This document shows, in pieces, positions 38,122 to 44,347 of a stretch of DNA of 44,347 nt; the first letter of the stretch is position 1, and each line of letters begins with the position of its first letter. The translations under genes were made by a program, and so were the position numbers. The notes beneath the pieces were generated by a model, which searched no databases, was not told the DNA's origin, and worked only from the letters and a program-made list of their open reading frames with translations. Origin of the DNA: Candidatus Omnitrophota bacterium (GTDB lineage: Bacteria; Omnitrophota; Gorgyraeia; Gorgyraeales; Gorgyraeaceae); NCBI GenBank assembly GCA_018824725.1, contig JAHJGB010000077.1:1-44347 (forward strand). The letters are read 5' to 3'.

Positions 38122-38877
38122 ATGGCTATTTCTCTTGTAATGCCGGTCTATAATGAAGAGGGTGTAATAGAAAAAGTAGTACGGGACTGTTACGCGGAAA
38201 TTATCGCTAAAATAGAAGGTTCCGAGTTTATTATTGTCAATGATGCCAGCACGGACTCTACTCCCGAGATCCTTGAAAGGCTCGCAAAAGAATTTCCCCA
38301 AATAAAACTTCTGCGCCTAGATAAGAACAATGGGCATGGGAACGCTCTTCGCGCGGGGTTCGCGAAAGTGAGAAACCCGGTTATTTTACATATGGACAGC
38401 GACGCTCAATTCCAGGCAGGGCAGTTCTGGAAATTGTATCAAAGACTGGCAGATAGCGATATAGTTTTGGGGCTGCGCGCTTCCAGGCACGACCCGTTGC
38501 ATCGCAAGGCCATTTCATTCATAGTGCGGCTCATAAATATGGCCCTGTTCGGCTTCTTAGTGAAAGATATCAATTCTCCGTTCAAATGCATCAAGACAGG
38601 AATTTTGCAGGATATTTTAAACGATATACCTCCGAACGCTTTTGCCATTTCAATCCTCATGGTGATCATGGCCAAACATAAGGGATATCGAGTCGCCGAA
38701 GTTCCCATAATTCATTTTCCCAGGACAACCGGCAGGAGTAAGCTTGCAAGCGCGCGTTATTTATTCAAAAAATGCCTTTTTTGTTTGCTTGATATTCTGC
38801 GGGTTAAATGGAATTTATTGACTAAAAACCGCAATAGCACGGTAGGGCGCAATGAAAATTATATTAATAATCCCTAA
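38122..38877 (+). CDS. GT2 glycosyltransferase, polyprenyl-phosphate sugar synthase type (Dpm1/ArnC/GtrB-like)
   Basis: ISLVMPVYNEEGVIEKVV...FIIVNDASTDSTPEIL...NNGHGNALRAGF...MDSDAQF. It is about 250 aa with a short hydrophobic C-terminal part, the typical layout of this subgroup. Confidence 0.7.
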   Translation: MAISLVMPVYNEEGVIEKVVRDCYAEIIAKIEGSEFIIVNDASTDSTPEILERLAKEFPQIKLLRLDKNNGHGNALRAGFAKVRNPVILHMDSDAQFQAGQFWKLYQRLADSDIVLGLRASRHDPLHRKAISFIVRLINMALFGFLVKDINSPFKCIKTGILQDILNDIPPNAFAISILMVIMAKHKGYRVAEVPIIHFPRTTGRSKLASARYLFKKCLFCLLDILRVKWNLLTKNRNSTVGRNENYINNP

Positions 38878-40249
38878 CTCGGGGAAAATACCCCCTTTAA
38901 TACCGCTTGGCACTCTCTATATCGCTTCTGCTTTAAAGAAGGCGGGGGACCATCAAATAAAGATCATCGATGCGAGGGTGGGAAGGTTAAATTACAAGGA
39001 AATTTCCGGCAGTATTAAAAGCTTTTCTCCGGAACTCGTAGGCATAACCGGATTATGTATTGAGGCCCCAGAGGTTCATAAGCTTGTTCGTCTAGTAAAA
39101 CAAATAGACGCACAATACAAAGTTGTAGTTGGAGGGGCTTATGCTACCTTCTGTCGAGAGTCTATTATCGAAGATCCCAACATAGACTTCGTAGTGATAG
39201 GAGAAGGAGAAAAGGCGATATGTAATCTCGTGGATGCCCTAGAGAATGGTAAGAATATTTCCGGCATCGACGGCATTGGTTTTAAGAATGGCAGTAAAAC
39301 AACCATTAACCTCCCTGTCGCGCTTACAGAGGATATAGATTCCATACCTCTGCCTGCGTGGGGCCTCATCGACATGGAAAAATATTTCCATGGCCCGCAT
39401 AAACATTCACAAAATCCAGCTTCTGTATTCAATAGGATAGCCCCGCTCTTTACTTCCCGCGGCTGTCCATTCGGATGCATTTTTTGCCACAACATTTTTG
39501 GTAAGAAAGTAAGAGCCAGGAGCGTCCGGAATGTTGTTGAAGAGATCGAAGTTTTGATTAAGGAATATGCCGTCGAGGAGATCGAAATTATCGATGACAT
39601 TTTTAATTTTGACCTGGCTCGAGCTAAACAAATATGCGATGAGATAATCAAGCGCGGGATTAAGATCCACCTTTCTTTTCCGAACGCCCTCAGGGCTGAT
39701 ATGATGGATGAGGAGCTTATTGTTAAATTAAAGAAGGCAGGGACATATTTGATTTATTACGCCATTGATTCCGCTTCGCCGGAAGTGCAAAAGCAGATTA
39801 ACAAAAACCTCGATTTGGAAAAATCAAAAGAAGTAATTAATATGACAATCCGGCATGGGATAGCTACGGGCGGTTATTTTATGCTAGGTTTCCCGGGAGA
39901 AACCAGAGAACAGATGCGCCAGACGATCAGGTTCGCGCTGAAATCAAAGTTACACTTCGCAAGTTTCTTCTACGTAGCCTCTTTTCCGCACACAGCATTA
40001 TCTAAAAGATTAGGCAGGGATACGATAGACCAGGAAAGTTTCAACCACTCCGATGTCCTTAAGCTTACCAGGAATTTTTCTTCGGTGCCGGACTCCGAAT
40101 TTAGAAAATTGGTGTCCAGGGCGTATGGGAAATTTTATTTTCGTCCTTATCAGATGTGGCGTATATGGAAAGTGCTGCCCAACAAAATTATGGTTTTAAG
40201 GAATCTATGTATGGTTTTAGGACGTTATATCAAGGATAGATTTCATTAA
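38852..40249 (+). CDS. B12-binding-domain-type radical SAM protein, paralogue 8
   Basis: PPLIPLGTLYIASALKK, VIGEGEKAICNLV, TSRGCPFGCIFC, GFPGET and FYFRPYQM motifs. It overlaps the GT2 3' end by 26 nt. Confidence 0.85.
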   Translation: MKIILIIPNSGKIPPLIPLGTLYIASALKKAGDHQIKIIDARVGRLNYKEISGSIKSFSPELVGITGLCIEAPEVHKLVRLVKQIDAQYKVVVGGAYATFCRESIIEDPNIDFVVIGEGEKAICNLVDALENGKNISGIDGIGFKNGSKTTINLPVALTEDIDSIPLPAWGLIDMEKYFHGPHKHSQNPASVFNRIAPLFTSRGCPFGCIFCHNIFGKKVRARSVRNVVEEIEVLIKEYAVEEIEIIDDIFNFDLARAKQICDEIIKRGIKIHLSFPNALRADMMDEELIVKLKKAGTYLIYYAIDSASPEVQKQINKNLDLEKSKEVINMTIRHGIATGGYFMLGFPGETREQMRQTIRFALKSKLHFASFFYVASFPHTALSKRLGRDTIDQESFNHSDVLKLTRNFSSVPDSEFRKLVSRAYGKFYFRPYQMWRIWKVLPNKIMVLRNLCMVLGRYIKDRFH

Positions 40250-40290
40250 TATCTATTAGCGGGGCATGAATTTCAGGCTTACGGTGATCC

Positions 40291-42642
40291 ATGACAGGGC
40301 ATAAACTTATCAGAAGCAGATATATTTGTTTGGTAGCTTTGACGCTAATATATTTATTGGTTCGATTAACGGTCTTATTCTGTTCCATAGATAAGGTACA
40401 TTTAGATGAAGAATTATATCGCGGTAATATTACTAAGGAATTGATTTCTGGGCCGGCTTTTCCATTTTTTGATTACCAAAGGAGTGAGTACGAAGGCGGT
40501 TCATTGCTAAACGGTATTTTGGCGTTGCCGTTTTTTTTGCTTTTTGGAGAGACGTTGATATCTCTCAAATTGGTAGGGTTATTGATAGGAACAAGCCTAT
40601 TCATTTTATGGTATTTATTTTTAGACAGGTTTTTCAGTAGAAGGGTAGCAATTTGGACAAGTTTACTGTTTATTCTAATGCCGCCTTTCTGGATTAAGAT
40701 CAGCATTTCTAGTTACGGCGGGCAAGACCAAATCGGCCTCTTTACCATGCTGGCGATATTGATTTTTTACCAGATATTTTTTGTAAGAAGTACAAAGGCC
40801 CTTTTTGGGTTCTTAGGAGTAGCCTGCGGTTTTGGCCTGTTCTTCCATTGCAGTTTTTTGCCGACATTATTAACTGTTATTTTATTCTGGTTTATTTTCG
40901 ATAAGAAATTCTTCCTCAGGAGCGAATTCTTTATTTTTACCATCGCTTTCTTAGTCGGTTTTGCTCCATGGATCTGGTATAATCTTACCCACAATTTTCA
41001 AGGATTGATCGTAAACGATGAACTTCTGTCTTACTGGTTTTCGCGCAATAACCCTCTTCATTTCTTTTTGAGGATCAAGGATTTTGTTACAATTGAAATC
41101 GCAAATGCTTTTAGTTTTGAAGATACTATTTTGAGATTCGAGCCTCGCGCGTTACTCGGCAATTGGTTTTTTTCCCGTATTTATTATTTTGTATTTGTGT
41201 TTTCCTTTTGCGCGCTATCGTGGCTCAACCGCCGGTCTTTGGTAAAACTCATACGAGGCATTATCCCTCTCCGAGGTTTCACGGTATCGCCTCAAGACAT
41301 ATCCAAAGAGGTATTCTTGCTTATGTTTTTTGTGATATTTGATCTCATCTTAAGCCTGTCCGGTATTAAACATAATGTAAATAATTATGAGAGTAGCGTG
41401 TGGCGTTACAGACAAGTCATGCCTGTCGGTCTTTTTGTTCCTGCGGTGATAGCCATATTCTTATACGGAAAGGGCATACAATTCAGGCGTTTTTTTATTC
41501 CCTATTTTAATTTCTGTATTATGGCGCTTTTGCTGGGATTGGGGCTGGTCTCCAGCTTTAATTTCATTTCTAAGGATTGCCTGCGCAAGGCCGCCTTATC
41601 TGGGATATACCGTGGTTACAACTATTATAATTTAGGGAGGGTGATTGCGTGGAGGTTTGACGGTTCTCCGCGATGGATCGACTCCATAAAAAGAATTAAA
41701 GACGGGGAGGCCAGGCGATATTGCTATTCCGGCATGGGCTGGGGATACGCTGAAGATAAATTTGATGCTGATTATCATTATTACCTAAGTACGGTAATAC
41801 ATAAGATCGAGAGGGATTACTGGCCGTATGCCTATGAGTGGATGGGGGAAGCATTAGAAAGGGAGCTCAAGTATGATAAATCAACAACCGCCGAATTAAA
41901 AAATTTGCTTGACCCTGAATTCATTCCTAATTTCTATACCGGTGTGGGCCGCCAGGCAGTCGCAGAGGTTTTCGGTGATCCGGAGCAGACGGTTTTGGAT
42001 TTCAGGAAAAGAATCGACAAGGAATACGAGCCTTTTTTTTATCATGGCATTGGAGTCGAGCTATTTGACGCCTTAGTTAATCAGCCGAAAAAATTCTTTA
42101 GTTTTATGAGCGCAATTGACAAAAGATTTGAACCTCAGATATATACAGGATTGGCCCAGGGAAAAGAATATTATCGGTTTCTGTATCGTGATTTTGGGTT
42201 CGGTATCGGGAAGAAGGTTGGTTATGATATCGGAAAGTGGAAATGGATTATGAGTAAGATAGGAAAAGAGTACAGGCCTTTCTGCTACGAGCGGCTGGGT
42301 ATCGAGGCAGGATGGAGGTTTATCCACGGCATAAAAAAATACAGTTCATTTTTAAGGGCGGCTGACCAGGAATATTGGCCGTATCTCTACAGGGGTTTAG
42401 GAACCGGTATTGGGTGGAGGTTTGCCTATAACATCGAGGGATGCGTAGCATTGATAAAATATGCTGATCAGGCATTTTGGCCCTATATATACGAAGGCCT
42501 GGGAGTAGGCGTGGCCAGGAGATATGCCTATCAGAAAGATGCATGGGCAAAAGGTGCCAGGTATATACCCGGGGATTACCGGCCTTATTTTGACGCAGGT
42601 ATAAAAAATGATTTTGACCGCAGGTATGGAGGACACGATTAG
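40291..42642 (+). CDS. GT-C-like polytopic membrane protein with a C-terminal 34-residue repeat array (paralogue C)
   Basis: 783 aa. First-loop motif is LDEELYRGNITKELI (40405-40446). The TM core is colinear with 29033 and 32359. About 10 repeats lie at 41607-42620, and the last three are spaced exactly 34 aa apart. Confidence 0.7.
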   Translation: MTGHKLIRSRYICLVALTLIYLLVRLTVLFCSIDKVHLDEELYRGNITKELISGPAFPFFDYQRSEYEGGSLLNGILALPFFLLFGETLISLKLVGLLIGTSLFILWYLFLDRFFSRRVAIWTSLLFILMPPFWIKISISSYGGQDQIGLFTMLAILIFYQIFFVRSTKALFGFLGVACGFGLFFHCSFLPTLLTVILFWFIFDKKFFLRSEFFIFTIAFLVGFAPWIWYNLTHNFQGLIVNDELLSYWFSRNNPLHFFLRIKDFVTIEIANAFSFEDTILRFEPRALLGNWFFSRIYYFVFVFSFCALSWLNRRSLVKLIRGIIPLRGFTVSPQDISKEVFLLMFFVIFDLILSLSGIKHNVNNYESSVWRYRQVMPVGLFVPAVIAIFLYGKGIQFRRFFIPYFNFCIMALLLGLGLVSSFNFISKDCLRKAALSGIYRGYNYYNLGRVIAWRFDGSPRWIDSIKRIKDGEARRYCYSGMGWGYAEDKFDADYHYYLSTVIHKIERDYWPYAYEWMGEALERELKYDKSTTAELKNLLDPEFIPNFYTGVGRQAVAEVFGDPEQTVLDFRKRIDKEYEPFFYHGIGVELFDALVNQPKKFFSFMSAIDKRFEPQIYTGLAQGKEYYRFLYRDFGFGIGKKVGYDIGKWKWIMSKIGKEYRPFCYERLGIEAGWRFIHGIKKYSSFLRAADQEYWPYLYRGLGTGIGWRFAYNIEGCVALIKYADQAFWPYIYEGLGVGVARRYAYQKDAWAKGARYIPGDYRPYFDAGIKNDFDRRYGGHD

Positions 42643-43752
42643 ATGCGGATAGCAGTTGTTGGCGCAGGATTATCGGGCTGTACAATCGCGCGGCTCCTTA
42701 AAGACAGGGGGCACGATATTACCATTTTTGAGAAAGAGAAAAGGATAGGCGGTCTTTGTGCGACCGCCACCCATAGAGGCCGGCCTTATCAATTATTTGG
42801 CCCTCATAATTTTCATACCCACAACGAGTCTGTTATTAAGTTTCTCTGCAGATTTAGCGCATTCAATAATTATGTCCATCGCGTGGGAACGTTTGTCGAT
42901 GGCAAGGTTTTACCATATCCGATTAGCTATAAGACGATAGACATACTAGAGGAAAGAGACTATATATTAAAAGAACTTGCGCATCTTCCTAAGAAGGTTA
43001 ATATGGCAAACTTCGAAAGCTGTGTTGTCTCGATGGTCGGAAAGACCTTATATAAAAAATTTATCGAAAACTATACTCTGAAGTTTTGGAGAATATCTCC
43101 GAAGAAGATGGGAGCAGAATGGGCGCCCGAGAAGATAGAGATCAGGCGCGATGACAGTTTGGGATATTTCGGGGACGAATGGCAGGGCCTGCCGACACAG
43201 GGCTATACGCATATGTTCGAAAAAATTATAGAGGGTATACCGATTCATTACGATGTAGAAATAAAGGATTATCGGGACCTGAGGCATGATTTGGTCATAT
43301 CTACCATTCCGATAGACGAGCTGTTCAGCTTTTGCTATGGCCGATTGGCTTATAGAGGGCTCGATTTTGTCATACATTTCAAAGAAACAGAATGGGAAGA
43401 CGTCAAATACGGCTGCATAAATTTTCCTGAAAGAGATGTTGCTTATACGAGAAAGAGCAATTACAGCTTGTGCTATTACAATGGCCCGCTGAGTTCCTAT
43501 ATTGTTGGCTATGAATTTCCCGGCAATGCAAGCAGGATGTATCCTATTTATACTTCTCAAAATAAAAAACTTTTCAATAAATATCTAACGCATTTGATAA
43601 TGGTAAAAAATCTTATAAGTGTTGGAAGATTGGGACTTTTTCGCTATTACGATATGGACAAAACAGTAGAATGGTGCCTCGATAATATCGATATGGTGGA
43701 AAATTACCCGTCTTTAACCCCCGCGGAGAGGATACAATGGCTGTCTCTGTGA
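42643..43752 (+). CDS. glf: UDP-galactopyranose mutase
   Basis: N-terminal FAD fold IAVVGAGLSGCTIARLL..ITIFEKEKRIGG. It is colinear with Glf through FGPHNFHT, YTLKFW, WQGLPTQGYT, LAYRGLDF, VAYTRKSNY, MYPIYTSQN and VGRLGLFRYYDMD. ggagga lies before the ATG. Confidence 0.85.
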   Translation: MRIAVVGAGLSGCTIARLLKDRGHDITIFEKEKRIGGLCATATHRGRPYQLFGPHNFHTHNESVIKFLCRFSAFNNYVHRVGTFVDGKVLPYPISYKTIDILEERDYILKELAHLPKKVNMANFESCVVSMVGKTLYKKFIENYTLKFWRISPKKMGAEWAPEKIEIRRDDSLGYFGDEWQGLPTQGYTHMFEKIIEGIPIHYDVEIKDYRDLRHDLVISTIPIDELFSFCYGRLAYRGLDFVIHFKETEWEDVKYGCINFPERDVAYTRKSNYSLCYYNGPLSSYIVGYEFPGNASRMYPIYTSQNKKLFNKYLTHLIMVKNLISVGRLGLFRYYDMDKTVEWCLDNIDMVENYPSLTPAERIQWLSL

Positions 43753-44347
43753 CCATTAAGGCCATACGGCACCATTTCAGAAATTCTGTTGCCGTTGCGC
43801 TCATTACAATATCGGCGATTTTGTTTTATTTGCCGCTTTTTAGAGATCTAAGTCATGGCATTCCCTGCGTGGATTGGTGCGGGATATATCCTTATATTGA
43901 CTTTTTTAGAATATCCATTATCAAATATCATCAGTTTCCCTTACGAATCCCTCATTTTTGCGGAGGTTACCCCTCTATAGGTTTTCCCTATGACATATCC
44001 TTAAGCCCCTTAATGCTGATTGTCCTGGCGTTTGGAGCCATAGAAGGGACTAAGATCACCATCTTTTTAATGGCTTTATGCGGCGCCTTAAGCGTATTTT
44101 ATTTAACCCGCTACCAGCTTCGCTATAATCTGGCGGGCTCCCTTTTTTCTACGCTGGCTTTTCTTTTCTGCAGCTGGGGGCCTTGTCAATACCTGGAATC
44201 AAACTATGAGAAGTTATACTTTTATTTCCTGCCTTTGCTGGTAGTTCTTCTTATAAAATCCACACAAAATAAAAAGTTTATATTTTTTGCATCTGTGGCC
44301 TTAGGTATCGTAGTCGTATCTGCCGGCAGCATTTTTATACCCATTGC
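43737..44347 (+). CDS. Polytopic membrane protein, 5' partial (runs off the window)
   Basis: ATG 43737 overlaps the glf stop. I translated an open frame by hand to the window end (MAVSVTIKAIRHHFRNSVAVALITISAILFYLP...) with several hydrophobic spans. It is not in the supplied ORF track, presumably because it has no stop. Confidence 0.6.
   Translation, partial: MAVSVTIKAIRHHFRNSVAVALITISAILFYLPLFRDLSHGIPCVDWCGIYPYIDFFRISIIKYHQFPLRIPHFCGGYPSIGFPYDISLSPLMLIVLAFGAIEGTKITIFLMALCGALSVFYLTRYQLRYNLAGSLFSTLAFLFCSWGPCQYLESNYEKLYFYFLPLLVVLLIKSTQNKKFIFFASVALGIVVVSAGSIFIPI

Noticed and set aside
11798-44347. Interpretation of the locus as a RiPP (proteusin or polytheonamide-like) cluster because of the many B12-type and SPASM radical SAM genes
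   Set aside because: No precursor gene is visible: no nitrile-hydratase-like or Nif11-like leader and no repetitive short peptide ORF. There is also no peptidase or ABC export pair. The accompanying genes (DegT, Glf, GT2, GT-C, SGNH) are glycan-type. The interpretation is not excluded, but it is less parsimonious.

Overview
This is a 44.3-kb window, almost entirely + strand, from a low-GC and probably uncultivated bacterium. I cannot place it taxonomically. The left 11.7 kb is housekeeping: a UvrD/PcrA-like helicase, an MFS transporter, tRNA-Ala(GGC), leuS, three secreted or hypothetical proteins (one Peptidase_MA-like), ComEC and a short MetE-like Zn methyltransferase. The intergenic spaces there are filled by a GC-rich MITE-like repeat family (3 copies) and by GGGAGTCGGACTCCC-type palindromes. 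A 101-bp palindromic element sits inside comEC without breaking the frame. From 11.8 kb to the window end lies a roughly 32-kb co-directional accessory locus. It holds 7 intact, 1 frameshifted and 1 fragmentary B12-binding-type (COG1032-like) radical SAM paralogues, plus 2 SPASM-type radical SAM domains, one of them fused to a GT2 and a TM block. It also holds a DegT aminotransferase, 2 class I methyltransferases, a Dpm1/ArnC-like GT2, UDP-galactopyranose mutase and an SGNH hydrolase split by a long TPR array. Five polytopic GT-C-like membrane proteins complete it. Three of these carry a C-terminal array of a 34-residue repeat I cannot assign to a family, and each of the three directly follows a radical SAM gene. 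A decayed IS30 remnant divides the locus in two. The radical-SAM/GT-C-repeat locus is my candidate for an undescribed system, and its function is inference only. All calls rest on by-eye motif recognition; no searches or computations were run.
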